Assembly: GCF_013315695.1 (NCBI RefSeq)
Contig: NZ_CP054353.1
Strand: one strand, 5' to 3'
DNA length: 64,000 nucleotides
Source: Escherichia coli
Lineage (GTDB): Bacteria; Pseudomonadota; Gammaproteobacteria; Enterobacterales; Enterobacteriaceae
Made by a program: the position numbers and the translations under genes. Under the pieces are notes generated by a model, which was given only the letters and a program-made list of their open reading frames with translations, ran no database searches and was not told the origin of the DNA. Below are positions 24,629 through 36,517 of the stretch, one piece after another; position 1 is the stretch's first letter, and the number at the start of each line of letters is the position of its first letter.

Positions 24629-25332
24629 GAACGCTCCTTGTTACTTATTTTGCCAAATTTGTGGCTACGGTAGCCGTTGACCATAGTGGAGATCACCGTG
24701 TCGTCGGACATGATGTCTTCACGCAGCGCCATGTAGACATGACCGATCACAAACGCACCAATCAGCCACATCCCCAGCCGATGCCAGCTGTGAATGTCCA
24801 TTGAGTTGCCACCCGTCCAGTAGAAAAATTCCACCACATAACGGAACGGCGCAAAAATAGCGTACTGGCTGTGTTCGCTGTACAGCGCAAAGCCGGTGAT
24901 GATCATAAAAACTGACATCAGGAAATAGCCGAACATCGCCGCCTGGGCGATGGGGTTATGGCCTATATCGGCACTTGGACGTTTTGCCAGAAACAGATAC
25001 CAGCGGATTTCATACCACACGCCCTGCCACCAGCTTTTACGCCATACTGGCACGATGAAAAGCTCGCGTGAGTAGCGATTGCCGACAAAAGCCCAGTAGA
25101 TCCGCATCAGCAAGACCACGGTAAAAATCATCCCGGCGCTGAAGTGAATCAACCTGATATAGCCCATGTAAAACAGATACGTCGCCTCACCGCTGACCGA
25201 AGGCAGCGGTTTGCCGATGAAGTAACCGGTGACCATCAACACCGCCATGCATAACACCGTCAGCCAGTGCCAGATACGCACTGGCGCTTCAAAGACATAG
25301 TGGCTGACAACGTTGTCGCTTTTCTGTTGCAT
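24625..25332 (-). CDS. hyaC: Hydrogenase-1 b-type cytochrome subunit
   Basis: 235-aa membrane ORF. Confidence 0.95.
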   Translation of the reverse strand: MQQKSDNVVSHYVFEAPVRIWHWLTVLCMAVLMVTGYFIGKPLPSVSGEATYLFYMGYIRLIHFSAGMIFTVVLLMRIYWAFVGNRYSRELFIVPVWRKSWWQGVWYEIRWYLFLAKRPSADIGHNPIAQAAMFGYFLMSVFMIITGFALYSEHSQYAIFAPFRYVVEFFYWTGGNSMDIHSWHRLGMWLIGAFVIGHVYMALREDIMSDDTVISTMVNGYRSHKFGKISNKERS

Positions 25333-25350
25333 GATGATTCTCCTTCGCTG

Positions 25351-27144
25351 TTAACGCACCTGCACGGAGATCAGCTCGCTACCGTCGTCGCCCAGCACGT
25401 GTGTTGAACAGGCGAGGCACGGGTCAAAGCTGTGCAAAGTACGCAGGATCTCCAGCGGTTGCTCGGGGATCGCCATTTTGGTGTTCATTAACGCGGCTTC
25501 ATAAGCGCCAATTTGCCCTTTGGGATCGCGCGGGCTGGCGTTCCAGGTGGTCGGCACCACGCACTGGTAGAGATCAATCTTGCCATCGCGAATGGCAGCC
25601 CAGTGGCCTAACGCTCCGCGCGGCGCTTCGGTAAAGCCGACTCCACGGCACTCTGTCGGCCAGGTTGCAGGTTCCCATTTTTCAGTGGAAGCAGTAGCGA
25701 GATTGCCATTTTTCAGGTTGGTCATCAGCTTGTCGAAGAAATACTGCAACTTACCTGCGGCCCACTGCGCTTCGTGCGCGCGACACAAAATGCGGCCCAA
25801 TGTTGACTGGATGCCGGAAAGAGGCAGGTTCAACGCCGACATCATACGATCGACCGACTCAACGGTCGCAGTATCGCCTTTGTGATAAGCGATTAACGTG
25901 CGTGCCAGCGGCCCCACTTCCATCGCGTTACCGCGCCAGCGTGGCGCTTTGATCCACGAGTAGCGTTCCTGTTCATTCAACTGCTGAATGTTGGTATCGC
26001 TGCCTTTGACATCGCCGGGGTTGTACCACGGGTCGGTAATGCCATCGAATGGATGACGACCGACCTGATCATTGGGATAACGATACCAGGCGTGATCGAC
26101 AAATTCCTGCACCTGCTGCGGATCAACCAAATCCACTGGCAGCACATTGTTGAAGTCGCCGTTAATCACCGCGCCGCCAGGCATCAGCAGACTTTTCTCG
26201 CCAAAGTCGTTGGCGATATCCGGGAACGCGCCGTAACTGAGAACGCATTTATCCGAAAGGCCAGTGCCGATTTCGCTCCACGGCTTGTTGAACTGACCGA
26301 TGGCTAAGGCGTCGGGGATCATCACGTTGTTAATGAAATCCGCCGTACGGGTAATGATTGACTGCACCAGGTTCAGGCGTTCCATATTGACCGCCCCGAC
26401 CGCGCCGCTTTCGTCAATGTTAATGGCACAAGGCATCCCGCCGACAATCCAGTTTGGATGTGGGTTTTTACCGCCAAAGACCGCGTGGATTTTGACAATT
26501 TCACGCTGGAAATCGAGAGCTTCGAGATAGTGGGCAAAGCCCATCAGGTTGGCTTCTGGCGGCAGTTTGTACTGCGGGTGCCCCCAGTAGCCATTGCGGA
26601 AGATCCCCAACTGCCCGCCTTCAACGAATTTCTTCAGGCGGTTTTGTACGTCGAAGAAATAGCCAGGGGATGATTTCGGCCATGAGGAGAGACTTTGCGC
26701 CAGTTCGGAGGTTTTCCGCGGATCGGCTTTCAGCGCATCTAACACATCGATCCAGTCCATCCCGGCAAGCTGATAAAAGTGCACCAGATGGTCATGGCAC
26801 CAGAGCGTCGCCAGCATAATGTTGCGGATGATATTGGCATTGTCCGGCACTTTAATACCGATGGCATCTTCGATGGCGTAAACCGAAGCCAGAGCGTGTA
26901 CGCCGGTACAGACGCCGCAGATACGTTCAACGAACGCCCACGCATCGCGCGGGTCGCGCCCTTGCAGGATGATCTCCAGCCCGCGAAACATGGTGCCGCA
27001 GGAGACGGCATTGGTGATCACATTCTGATCGTTAATATTCACTTCGCAGCGCATGTGGCCTTCAATGCGCGTAATCGGGTCGACCACCAGGCGGCGTCCG
27101 GCATTATTGATGGTGTATCCCTGAGTTTCGTACTGAGTGCTCAT
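25351..27144 (-). CDS. hyaB: [NiFe] hydrogenase-1 large subunit
   Basis: 597-aa ORF with N-terminal RICGVC and C-terminal DPCLAC nickel-binding motifs. Confidence 0.97.
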   Translation of the reverse strand: MSTQYETQGYTINNAGRRLVVDPITRIEGHMRCEVNINDQNVITNAVSCGTMFRGLEIILQGRDPRDAWAFVERICGVCTGVHALASVYAIEDAIGIKVPDNANIIRNIMLATLWCHDHLVHFYQLAGMDWIDVLDALKADPRKTSELAQSLSSWPKSSPGYFFDVQNRLKKFVEGGQLGIFRNGYWGHPQYKLPPEANLMGFAHYLEALDFQREIVKIHAVFGGKNPHPNWIVGGMPCAINIDESGAVGAVNMERLNLVQSIITRTADFINNVMIPDALAIGQFNKPWSEIGTGLSDKCVLSYGAFPDIANDFGEKSLLMPGGAVINGDFNNVLPVDLVDPQQVQEFVDHAWYRYPNDQVGRHPFDGITDPWYNPGDVKGSDTNIQQLNEQERYSWIKAPRWRGNAMEVGPLARTLIAYHKGDTATVESVDRMMSALNLPLSGIQSTLGRILCRAHEAQWAAGKLQYFFDKLMTNLKNGNLATASTEKWEPATWPTECRGVGFTEAPRGALGHWAAIRDGKIDLYQCVVPTTWNASPRDPKGQIGAYEAALMNTKMAIPEQPLEILRTLHSFDPCLACSTHVLGDDGSELISVQVR

Positions 27145-28259
27145 GCCTGTTTATCCTCATTGCCTGGCTGATGTTCGGTTTCTGTAGGTTGCTGGTTATG
27201 ACGTCTGCGCTGGTCAACGGCGCTGGCGACTGCGTGCACACCAACAGCCGCTGCCACCACGCCAAGCGCGGTTAAACCGACGGTATCGGCGGTGGAATGA
27301 GTACCCATTTGCGGAATATCGACCACGCGGCTGTAGAACGAACCGCGATCCCAGAAACCATTTTCCGCACAGCCCAGGCAGCCGTGACCAGACTGGATTG
27401 GGAAAGAAACGCCATCATTCCAGCGTGTGGAGGAACAGGCGTTATAGGTGGTAGGCCCTTTGCAGCCCATTTTGTACAGGCAGTAACCTTTGCGGGCAGC
27501 GTCATCGTTCCAACTCTGGACGAACTCTCCGGCGTCGAAGTGGGCGCGGCGATAGCATTTATCGTGGATTCGCTGACCATAGAACATCAACGGACGGCCC
27601 ATTCTGTCGACATCTGGCAAGCGATCAAAGGTCACCATGTAAGTAATGATGGCGCTCATCACATCCGGGATCGGCGGGCAGCCAGGTACTTTGATAATAG
27701 GTTTGTCGGTGATGACTTTGTCGATAGGCGTTGCCTGCGTCGGATTGGGTCGCGCGGCCTGCACGCAGCCCCAGGACGCGCAGGTTCCCCAGGCGATAAT
27801 CGCACTGGCTCCGGCAGCGGCACGTTTGAGTTTCTCAATAAACGGTCGTCCGCTGCTGATACAGAACATCCCCTGCTCGCCCAGCGGCGGATTACCTTCT
27901 ACTGCGAGGATATATTTGCCATTGTATTGCGTGATGATGTCTTCAAAGACTTCTTCCGCCTGGGTTCCGGCGGCAGCCATCAAAGTATCGTCATAATCGA
28001 GGGAAATCAGGGAAAGGATGACGTCCTTCGCCAGTGGGTGAGCGGAGCGGATAAAAGATTCGGTACAGCAGGTGCATTCCAGACCGTGGATCCATACCAC
28101 CGGAATGCGCGGTTTGTTCTCCAGCGCCCAGGCAATCTTTGGTGCCATCCCCGCGCCTAATCCCAGCGACGTGGCAGCCAGACTGCAATATTTGAGAAAG
28201 CTGCGTCGGGTAACGCCCTGACGCCGCATGGCCTGGTAAAATGTTTCCTCGTTATTCAT
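27141..28259 (-). CDS. hyaA: [NiFe] hydrogenase-1 small subunit, Tat-exported
   Basis: Start [25 protein letters not shown] with twin-arginine motif; 4-bp overlap with hyaB. Confidence 0.95.
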   Translation of the reverse strand: MNNEETFYQAMRRQGVTRRSFLKYCSLAATSLGLGAGMAPKIAWALENKPRIPVVWIHGLECTCCTESFIRSAHPLAKDVILSLISLDYDDTLMAAAGTQAEEVFEDIITQYNGKYILAVEGNPPLGEQGMFCISSGRPFIEKLKRAAAGASAIIAWGTCASWGCVQAARPNPTQATPIDKVITDKPIIKVPGCPPIPDVMSAIITYMVTFDRLPDVDRMGRPLMFYGQRIHDKCYRRAHFDAGEFVQSWNDDAARKGYCLYKMGCKGPTTYNACSSTRWNDGVSFPIQSGHGCLGCAENGFWDRGSFYSRVVDIPQMGTHSTADTVGLTALGVVAAAVGVHAVASAVDQRRRHNQQPTETEHQPGNEDKQA

Positions 28260-28644
28260 ATCGCACGTCTCTTCTCCTTGCGACACCGGCAGGACACCGG
28301 GCGCTTATGGTCGGCAAGCGACGTCCCTGTAGCAAGGCAAACCATCGCTTCACGTGAGATGCTGAAAACGAAAGCTCATCCTTCTGCACTGGCGCACGTC
28401 GCCAGAAAGTATTGTTAATAAAGCGTAGTGAAACTTTTGCACAAAACAATACAAACTGTGTGGATTTATCTTTTAGCGATAAAAATGGACCTATTTTTCT
28501 TTTTGCCGGGCGGTGAGGATGTTTAGCCGGTTGCTAAACGAGTAAAAGAGAAGGAATTCATGGTGATGAAATGATCAATCTGCTGTTATTTCACGCTATC
28601 AATGCACTTTTGGCTGTTTTTCAGGCAAACAACCAAATTAGGGG

Positions 28645-28673
28645 TTTACACGCCGCATCGGGATGTTTATAGT
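28645..28673 (+). promoter_or_regulatory. Putative sigma70 promoter for serT
   Basis: tttaca (28645-28650), 17-nt spacer, tatagt (28668-28673), then GC-rich discriminator gcgcgtc just upstream of the mature tRNA 5' end. Confidence 0.5.
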
Positions 28674-28685
28674 GCGCGTCATTCC

Positions 28686-28773
28686 GGAAGTGTGGCCGAG
28701 CGGTTGAAGGCACCGGTCTTGAAAACCGGCGACCCGAAAGGGTTCCAGAGTTCGAATCTCTGCGCTTCCGCCA
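28686..28773 (+). tRNA. serT: tRNA-Ser (UGA anticodon)
   Basis: 88-nt sequence GGAAGTGTGGCCGAGCGGTTGAAGG...TTCGAATCTCTGCGCTTCCGCCA with long variable arm and encoded CCA. Confidence 0.95.
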
Positions 28774-28782
28774 AATAAGATA

Positions 28783-28816
28783 AGGGGTTAGCTAAATGCT
28801 AACCCCTTTTTCTTTT
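28783..28816 (+). terminator. Rho-independent terminator after serT
   Basis: Hairpin aaggggttagc/gctaacccctt followed by a T-run. Confidence 0.7.
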
Positions 28817-28981
28817 GCCTGTCGAAATTCTCAGGGCGTTATATCACTGCCTAATGACCTGAGACTCCGCTGTGAAACTTGTTTCAGATCAAATGCGTAA
28901 AGATGGGTAAAACTTCTGTGTACCTTCCCACATTATCATTATGCTGCTTCATTAATAACATCTGTCATAGAGAGTGACTCA

Positions 28982-29641
28982 ATGGATCGTATAGTTAGTT
29001 CTTCACATGACCGTACATCGTTGCTTAGCACCCATAAGGTGCTGCGTAATACCTATTTTCTGCTGAGCCTGACGCTGGCCTTTTCGGCGATTACCGCAAC
29101 TGCCAGTACGGTGCTGATGCTGCCATCTCCGGGTCTGATTCTGACGCTGGTGGGTATGTATGGTTTGATGTTCCTGACCTACAAAACGGCGAATAAGCCG
29201 ACCGGGATTATCTCCGCATTCGCCTTTACCGGTTTTCTGGGTTATATCCTCGGACCAATTCTGAACACCTATCTGTCTGCCGGAATGGGTGACGTAATCG
29301 CTATGGCACTGGGCGGAACGGCGTTAGTGTTCTTCTGCTGCTCTGCATATGTGCTGACCACCCGCAAAGATATGTCATTCCTTGGCGGTATGCTGATGGC
29401 AGGTATTGTGGTGGTGCTGATTGGTATGGTTGCTAATATCTTCCTGCAACTGCCTGCTCTGCATCTGGCGATCAGCGCGGTCTTCATTCTGATCTCCTCT
29501 GGCGCTATTTTGTTTGAAACCAGCAACATCATTCATGGCGGTGAAACGAACTATATTCGTGCCACGGTTAGCCTGTATGTTTCGCTGTACAACATCTTCG
29601 TCAGCCTGCTGAGCATTCTGGGCTTCGCCAGCCGCGATTAA
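28982..29641 (+). CDS. yccA: Bax-inhibitor-1 family inner membrane protein, FtsH modulator
   Basis: 219-aa polytopic [29 protein letters not shown]... Confidence 0.93.
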   Translation: MDRIVSSSHDRTSLLSTHKVLRNTYFLLSLTLAFSAITATASTVLMLPSPGLILTLVGMYGLMFLTYKTANKPTGIISAFAFTGFLGYILGPILNTYLSAGMGDVIAMALGGTALVFFCCSAYVLTTRKDMSFLGGMLMAGIVVVLIGMVANIFLQLPALHLAISAVFILISSGAILFETSNIIHGGETNYIRATVSLYVSLYNIFVSLLSILGFASRD

Positions 29642-29732
29642 TCTCACCCGCTAACACTTTCATAGCCTCGCTTTATGCGGGGCTTTGTTTTTTGTTACAC
29701 TGCCGCCAGTCTGATTAAGGTAGTAAAGAATT

Positions 29733-30062
29733 ATGCTGATCTTCGAAGGTAAAGAGATAGAAACGGATACCGAAGGCTATCTCAAAGAAAGCAGCCAGTG
29801 GAGTGAGCCACTGGCGGTGGTGATTGCAGAGAACGAAGGGATTGCGCTGTCGCCAGAACACTGGGAAGTGGTGCGTTTTGTGCGTGATTTCTATCTGGAA
29901 TTCAATACTTCTCCGGCGATTCGTATGCTGGTAAAAGCGATGGCGAATAAATTTGGCGAAGAGAAAGGCAATAGCCGCTATCTGTACCGACTGTTCCCGA
30001 AAGGTCCGGCAAAGCAAGCCACCAAAATTGCTGGCCTGCCTAAACCGGTAAAATGCATTTAA
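29733..30062 (+). CDS. tusE: Sulfur relay protein TusE (DsrC-like)
   Basis: 109-aa ORF ending ...GLPKPVKCI. Confidence 0.93.
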   Translation: MLIFEGKEIETDTEGYLKESSQWSEPLAVVIAENEGIALSPEHWEVVRFVRDFYLEFNTSPAIRMLVKAMANKFGEEKGNSRYLYRLFPKGPAKQATKIAGLPKPVKCI

Positions 30063-30337
30063 CGGATACGAAAATCCGTTAACTCCCCGGAGGGATGATG
30101 CGGCTCGCTAAGCACCCGTTCCACACGCGCTGAACGCGGGCCGCCACTTTTTAACCACTGCATTAATTTTTCCACCTGCCCTTCTTCACCGCAGGCAACC
30201 ACTTCCACGCTGCCATCGTCAAGATTTTTGGCGTACCCGGTTAGTCCCAGTTTTTTCGCTTCGTACTGCGTGGTGTAGCGGAATCCTACGCCCTGAACTC
30301 GCCCGTAAACCCAGGCAATTATGCAGACTTTCGACAT
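30059..30337 (-). CDS. yccX: Acylphosphatase
   Basis: 92-aa product [21 protein letters not shown]...; ORF-track start is an upstream extension. Confidence 0.9.
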   Translation of the reverse strand: MSKVCIIAWVYGRVQGVGFRYTTQYEAKKLGLTGYAKNLDDGSVEVVACGEEGQVEKLMQWLKSGGPRSARVERVLSEPHHPSGELTDFRIR

Positions 30338-30431
30338 TGCTGCTCTCCTTATTCTTAATGGACGCGTTGCAAACCCATGGAAAACTCCGGACAATGACGC
30401 CCATTTCTTTGCATCGACAGAATAGTAAATT

Positions 30432-31622
30432 ATGAGTGTACGTTTAGTGTTAGCCAAAGGGCGCGAAAAATCATTACTTCGTCGCCATCCGTGGGTCTTT
30501 TCCGGGGCCGTTGCCCGCATGGAAGGTAAAGCCAGCCTCGGTGAAACCATCGATATTGTTGATCATCAGGGAAAATGGTTAGCACGCGGCGCTTATTCGC
30601 CAGCTTCGCAAATCCGGGCGCGCGTCTGGACGTTTGACCCGTCAGAGTCTATCGACATTGCTTTTTTTACCCGCCGTTTGCAGCAAGCACAAAAATGGCG
30701 TGACTGGCTGGCGCAAAAAGATGGCCTCGACAGCTATCGTTTAATCGCCGGAGAATCTGATGGCCTGCCGGGTATTACTATCGATCGTTTCGGTAATTTT
30801 CTGGTGCTGCAACTGCTGAGTGCTGGCGCAGAGTATCAGCGCGCTGCATTAATTAGCGCCCTGCAAACGCTGTACCCGGAATGTGCCATTTACGATCGCA
30901 GCGACGTCGCGGTACGTAAAAAAGAAGGGATGGAGCTGACTCAGGGCCCCATCACCGGCGAGTTGCCGCCTGCCCTGCTGCCGATTGAAGAACACGGCAT
31001 GAAGCTGCTGGTGGACATACAGCACGGACACAAAACGGGCTACTACCTGGATCAGCGTGATAGCCGCCTGGCTACCCGCCGCTACGTTGAAAATAAACGC
31101 GTACTGAACTGTTTCTCCTATACCGGTGGTTTCGCCGTATCGGCACTGATGGGCGGTTGCAGCCAGGTTGTCAGCGTTGATACCTCCCAGGAAGCCCTGG
31201 ATATTGCACGGCAGAACGTTGAGCTGAACAAACTGGATCTGAGCAAGGCTGAGTTTGTCCGTGATGATGTCTTTAAATTGCTGCGTACCTATCGCGATCG
31301 CGGTGAAAAATTTGACGTTATCGTGATGGACCCGCCGAAGTTTGTTGAGAATAAAAGCCAGTTGATGGGCGCGTGTCGTGGCTATAAAGATATCAACATG
31401 CTGGCGATTCAGTTGCTGAATGAAGGCGGTATTCTCCTGACTTTCTCCTGTTCTGGCCTGATGACCAGCGATTTATTTCAGAAAATCATCGCGGATGCCG
31501 CAATTGATGCCGGTCGTGATGTACAATTTATAGAGCAGTTCCGTCAGGCAGCCGATCATCCGGTGATCGCTACCTATCCGGAAGGGCTATATCTGAAAGG
31601 GTTTGCCTGTCGCGTCATGTAA
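30432..31622 (+). CDS. rlmI: 23S rRNA m5C1962 methyltransferase
   Basis: 396-aa ORF with PUA-like N-terminus and SAM-dependent methyltransferase fold. Confidence 0.95.
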   Translation: MSVRLVLAKGREKSLLRRHPWVFSGAVARMEGKASLGETIDIVDHQGKWLARGAYSPASQIRARVWTFDPSESIDIAFFTRRLQQAQKWRDWLAQKDGLDSYRLIAGESDGLPGITIDRFGNFLVLQLLSAGAEYQRAALISALQTLYPECAIYDRSDVAVRKKEGMELTQGPITGELPPALLPIEEHGMKLLVDIQHGHKTGYYLDQRDSRLATRRYVENKRVLNCFSYTGGFAVSALMGGCSQVVSVDTSQEALDIARQNVELNKLDLSKAEFVRDDVFKLLRTYRDRGEKFDVIVMDPPKFVENKSQLMGACRGYKDINMLAIQLLNEGGILLTFSCSGLMTSDLFQKIIADAAIDAGRDVQFIEQFRQAADHPVIATYPEGLYLKGFACRVM

Positions 31623-31997
<375 letters not shown>

Positions 31998-32008
31998 TCC
32001 CTGAACAA

Positions 32009-32044
32009 ATCCCCGGAAGGTTTTTGCCTTCCGGGGATTTTTTA
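32009..32044. terminator. Bidirectional terminator between hspQ and yccU
   Basis: Hairpin atccccggaagg/ccttccggggat flanked by T-runs. Confidence 0.7.
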
Positions 32045-32455
32045 TTTGGCCAGGCCCAGGCGAGGGATCTCAATAGCCGGGCAGCGATCCATCACTACAT
32101 TTAATCCGGCATCCCGTGCCAGTACTGCCGCTTGCTCATTAATCACCCCCAGTTGCATCCAGAGGGTTTTCGCGCCGATGGCGATCGCTTCCTGCGCTAC
32201 GCCCCACGCTGCTTCTGAATTCCGGAAAACATCGACCATATCGACTTTTTCCGGAACGTCTGCCAGCGTGCCATACCCCTGCTGGCCCAGCAGTGTTTTG
32301 CCAGCAACTTTTGGCGAAACCGGAATGACGTGATACCCCTGGTCGAGTAGATATTTCATCACGCGATAGCTGGGACGATCGGGTTTGTCGCTTGCCCCCA
32401 CCAGCGCAATGGTGTGAGTGGACGTTAAAATGCCTGCAATATCGGTTTCTTTCAT
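32042..32455 (-). CDS. yccU: CoA-binding domain protein
   Basis: 137-aa product [30 protein letters not shown]... Confidence 0.9.
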   Translation of the reverse strand: MKETDIAGILTSTHTIALVGASDKPDRPSYRVMKYLLDQGYHVIPVSPKVAGKTLLGQQGYGTLADVPEKVDMVDVFRNSEAAWGVAQEAIAIGAKTLWMQLGVINEQAAVLARDAGLNVVMDRCPAIEIPRLGLAK

Positions 32456-32627
32456 TATTTCCTCCAGACTGTTTAACAAAGTGTACGACAAAGCCGACAT
32501 GCCAACCATGCAGCTAATACGAATGAATGAGAGCAAAAGCGGGAAATATGTCTATATGTTAGTAAGTATGATTAAAGAAAAATTTTGACACATTATTATT
32601 CGGGCGGTCTTTTGACAGGAGCTACCT

Positions 32628-33290
32628 ATGAAAACCGGCATCGTGACCACCTTGATTGCATTATGTTTGCCGGTATCCGTTTTTGCCACCACGTTGCGGC
32701 TTTCAACCGATGTCGATCTTCTGGTACTCGACGGTAAAAAGGTTTCCAGCTCTCTGCTGCGCGGTGCGGACAGCATTGAACTGGATAACGGACCGCATCA
32801 GTTAGTGTTTCGCGTTGAGAAGACGATTCATCTTTCCAATAGTGAAGAACGGCTGTATATCTCCCCACCGCTGGTGGTCAGTTTTAATACCCAGCTCATC
32901 AACCAGGTCAATTTTCGCCTGCCTCGTCTGGAGAATGAGCGGGAAGCTAACCATTTTGATGCCGCGCCGCGCCTTGAATTGTTGGATGGCGATGCGACGC
33001 CGATTCCAGTAAAGCTGGATATTCTCGCCATTACCTCAACGGCAAAAACGATTGATTATGAGGTCGAGGTTGAACGCTATAACAAATCCGCGAAACGCGC
33101 TTCACTACCGCAATTTGCCACGATGATGGCAGATGACAGTACGCTGCTTTCGGGTGTTTCCGAGCTGGATGCTATTCCACCGCAGTCTCAGGTGCTCACA
33201 GAACAACGGCTGAAGTATTGGTTTAAACTGGCTGACCCACAAACGCGAAATACTTTCCTGCAATGGGCGGAAAAACAACCATCTTCCTGA
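32628..33290 (+). CDS. yccT: Periplasmic protein YccT
   Basis: 220-aa ORF with signal peptide [20 protein letters not shown]. Confidence 0.9.
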
Positions 33291-33385
33291 GATTTTTGTG
33301 CCTGTGCGCAGGCTTTTTCAGTCTTTCTCTTGCAGCGATAAGTACTTACAGTAATCTGTAGGAAAGTTAACTACGGATGTACATT

Positions 33386-33844
33386 ATGGAACTGACGACT
33401 CGCACTTTACCTTCGCGGAAACATATTGCGCTGGTGGCACACGATCACTGCAAACAAATGCTGATGAGCTGGGTGGAACGGCATCAACCGTTACTGGAGC
33501 AACACGTACTGTATGCAACAGGCACTACCGGTAACTTGATTTCCCGTGCAACCGGCATGAACGTCAACGCGATGTTGAGTGGCCCAATGGGGGGTGACCA
33601 GCAGGTTGGCGCATTGATCTCAGAAGGGAAAATTGATGTATTGATTTTCTTCTGGGACCCACTAAACGCCGTGCCGCACGACCCTGACGTGAAAGCCTTG
33701 CTGCGTCTGGCGACGGTATGGAACATTCCGGTCGCCACCAACGTGGCAACGGCAGACTTCATTATCCAGTCGCCGCATTTCAACGACGCGGTCGATATTC
33801 TGATCCCCGATTATCAGCGTTATCTCGCGGACCGTCTGAAGTAA
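33386..33844 (+). CDS. mgsA: Methylglyoxal synthase
   Basis: 152-aa product MELTTRTLP...[12 protein letters not shown]... Confidence 0.95.
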
Positions 33845-33850
33845 TATTGC

Positions 33851-33877
33851 ACAGGTGGCAAACGCCACCTGTTTCTT
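33851..33877. terminator. Bidirectional terminator between mgsA and helD
   Basis: Hairpin caggtggc-aaac-gccacctg followed by tttctt. Confidence 0.6.
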
Positions 33878-35930
33878 ACGGTTTTCTCGCCACCGGCACA
33901 TCCAGATTTTTCAGTATTTCGACAAATGGAGAGGGATTCTCTTTGTTAAACAGTGCCCATACCCGATGGCGTGCCCGGGTCAGCGCCACGTACATTAACC
34001 GCCGTTCTTCAGCGTCCGGGAAATCCTCAACCGGTGGCAGTAGCGCCTCTTCCATAATCGACTCCCGCGCCGCAGCCGGAAAACCATCACTCCCCTCCTG
34101 CAAGCCAACGATGATGACGTAATCCGCCTGTTGCCCTTTGCTGGCATGAATGGTCATAAAGTCGATTTGCAACTTCGGCCAGCGTGTTGCCGCTTTTTCC
34201 AGGCTGGCAGCCCTCATGTGATGGTAACGCGCCAGGATCAGAATGCGCTCTTCCGGTTTGGCATAACCAGAGAGCTTATCCAGCAAAGCGTCAAGATGGC
34301 TCTCATCCAATAACGTGACGGCTTTTTTGTCTCCATTGGTTAAGCTGTTTAGCGGCTTTTTCAGCTGGCCTGGGTTCTGCTGAATAAACCGGTTTGCCAC
34401 CTCACCGATACGACTGTTAAAACGGTAAGTCGTGTCTAAATCGCAGCGATCACCTTCACCAAAGTTTTCATGGAAAGCGGTGGTGAGCGACATTTGCGCA
34501 CCGCTGAAGCGATAAATCGCCTGCCAGTCATCACCAACGGCGAACAACGTCGTCTGACTGTTTTGCTTGCGTAATGCCGCTAACAACGCTGCGCGCTGCG
34601 GCGAGATATCCTGAAATTCATCAACCAGAATATGCTTCCACGGGCTGATAAAGCGACCTTTCTCCAGAATCACAATCGCCTGGTGAATAAGGCCCGAAAA
34701 ATCGACAGCGTTTTCTGCCTTCAGCGCACCTTTCCAGGCTTTTAATAACGGAGCCATCAACTTGATACGTTTACTGAACAGATCGCGAATCTCTTCGGGT
34801 GCACTGGCAATCATTTCTGCCTGTGCACCACCGTGCATCCGCATCAGACTTACCCAACGATCGAGGCGTGAGGCAAGACGACGCTGTAATTTTTCATCAT
34901 CCCAGAAGTTACCTGCTGGCACTGACCACTGCATTTCTTCCGTCAGCCATTGCCGCCAGCCCTTCGCCTGCGCTTTCTTTTCGCTGCATTGCTTGCGCCA
35001 CTCAGCAATAAAGAGTTCATGACGGGCAGCGGTATCATTTTCCAGTTTGCTGACTATCGGAACTTTTTTGCTGCCCTGCTGAATAATATGCAGCGCCAGC
35101 GCATGAAACGTGCGTGCGGTAATGTCTTCGGTATGTAGCCGTTCGCGAATACGCTCGTCCATCTCTTCAGCGGCTTTGCGACCAAACGCCAGCAATAAAA
35201 TTTGCTCAGGGAACGCTTCACCACGCGCCAGCAACCAGCCTGCACGGGCCACCAGCACCGATGTTTTTCCGCTTCCTGCACCAGCCAGCACTAACAAAGA
35301 ATGCTCGCCATTAACGACTGCCCGGGCCTGCGCCGGATTCAGCGGTGAAGATTCGACCTGGCGGAAAAAATCCGCATACTCGGTAAGCATGGCTTCGGTA
35401 TACGCCTGATTATGCTGCAACCGAGCGCCTTCAATGTCCTTCAACCAGGCCTGACATTTACGCCACGCCTCACGGCAGTTATCGAATTCTTCCAGTCGGT
35501 TAACCGGCAACGGCAACGCCGACATAGCCTGGCGGATTTGTTGCTGAACGCCAGAGGTTTGCTCACGCGTCAGCCATTTATTTTCTCCGGTGCGCGTGGC
35601 AATTAAATCCAGTTGCTGGCGTAAAACACCAGACGCAATTTCGCTCATCTCGCCACTCCACCGCCGCCAGTGAGCATCAAGATGATGGTAAAAACGCTGC
35701 GTCTCGCCCCATTCGGTACCGTGCAGACGCACCACTTTTTCGCCCGGCAGTACAAATTCCAGCTCGCCCCATACCAGACCGCGCTTACAGTGAATCGCCA
35801 GTAATTGATTGAAAGGAATAAGGTATTCGTGGCGATCGCCGGAGACTTTAATCCCGGCATTGAGGATCACCGCCCGATCGTAAGGGTGCTGTGCCAGACG
35901 TTTTCCAAGCGTTGTCGCTTTCAGTTCCAT
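33876..35930 (-). CDS. helD: DNA helicase IV (UvrD/Rep family)
   Basis: 684-aa product from MELKATTLGKRLAQ...; Walker A GAGSGKT; ORF-track start is a 31-codon extension. Confidence 0.95.
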   Translation of the reverse strand: MELKATTLGKRLAQHPYDRAVILNAGIKVSGDRHEYLIPFNQLLAIHCKRGLVWGELEFVLPGEKVVRLHGTEWGETQRFYHHLDAHWRRWSGEMSEIASGVLRQQLDLIATRTGENKWLTREQTSGVQQQIRQAMSALPLPVNRLEEFDNCREAWRKCQAWLKDIEGARLQHNQAYTEAMLTEYADFFRQVESSPLNPAQARAVVNGEHSLLVLAGAGSGKTSVLVARAGWLLARGEAFPEQILLLAFGRKAAEEMDERIRERLHTEDITARTFHALALHIIQQGSKKVPIVSKLENDTAARHELFIAEWRKQCSEKKAQAKGWRQWLTEEMQWSVPAGNFWDDEKLQRRLASRLDRWVSLMRMHGGAQAEMIASAPEEIRDLFSKRIKLMAPLLKAWKGALKAENAVDFSGLIHQAIVILEKGRFISPWKHILVDEFQDISPQRAALLAALRKQNSQTTLFAVGDDWQAIYRFSGAQMSLTTAFHENFGEGDRCDLDTTYRFNSRIGEVANRFIQQNPGQLKKPLNSLTNGDKKAVTLLDESHLDALLDKLSGYAKPEERILILARYHHMRAASLEKAATRWPKLQIDFMTIHASKGQQADYVIIVGLQEGSDGFPAAARESIMEEALLPPVEDFPDAEERRLMYVALTRARHRVWALFNKENPSPFVEILKNLDVPVARKP

Positions 35931-36052
35931 GACTCTGTAGATCCACACGAAATGATTTCTTATCAGTGTAACCGTCAGAGAAAACGTGCTCCAGCCCAAA
36001 AAAACGTTACAATTGCCGCCCATTACTGAAAACCACAGTAAAGCGAGGTTTT

Positions 36053-36499
36053 ATGCGTACCGTTTTGAACATTCTGAACTTTGTGCTTGGCGGATTTGCC
36101 ACCACTCTGGGCTGGCTGTTGGCGACTCTGGTCAGTATTGTGCTGATTTTTACCTTACCGCTGACACGATCCTGCTGGGAGATCACTAAACTGTCTCTGG
36201 TGCCTTATGGCAATGAAGCTATTCATGTCGATGAACTGAACCCGGCTGGCAAAAATGTGCTGCTGAATACTGGCGGTACGGTATTGAATATTTTCTGGCT
36301 GATTTTCTTTGGCTGGTGGTTATGCCTGATGCACATTGCAACGGGCATCGCACAATGTATTTCCATCATTGGCATTCCTGTCGGCATTGCGAACTTTAAA
36401 ATTGCCGCTATTGCACTATGGCCGGTCGGTCGTCGCGTGGTATCGGTAGAAACAGCGCAAGCTGCGCGTGAAGCCAATGCACGTCGTCGTTTTGAATAA
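36053..36499 (+). CDS. yccF: Inner membrane protein YccF
   Basis: 148-aa hydrophobic ORF. Confidence 0.9.
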   Translation: MRTVLNILNFVLGGFATTLGWLLATLVSIVLIFTLPLTRSCWEITKLSLVPYGNEAIHVDELNPAGKNVLLNTGGTVLNIFWLIFFGWWLCLMHIATGIAQCISIIGIPVGIANFKIAAIALWPVGRRVVSVETAQAAREANARRRFE

Positions 36500-36517
36500 T
36501 CCACTAATATGGCCTTT

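Noticed and set aside
27297-28160. 287-aa ORF on the plus strand
   Set aside because: Antisense inside hyaA; the Arg/Ala/Gly-rich translation has no recognisable domain. Treated as a shadow ORF.
28260-28685. Longest intergenic stretch in the window, checked for a hidden small gene or foreign insert
   Set aside because: It reads as the hya promoter/regulatory region followed by the serT promoter. No ORF with an RBS, no repeat array and no compositional break were seen.
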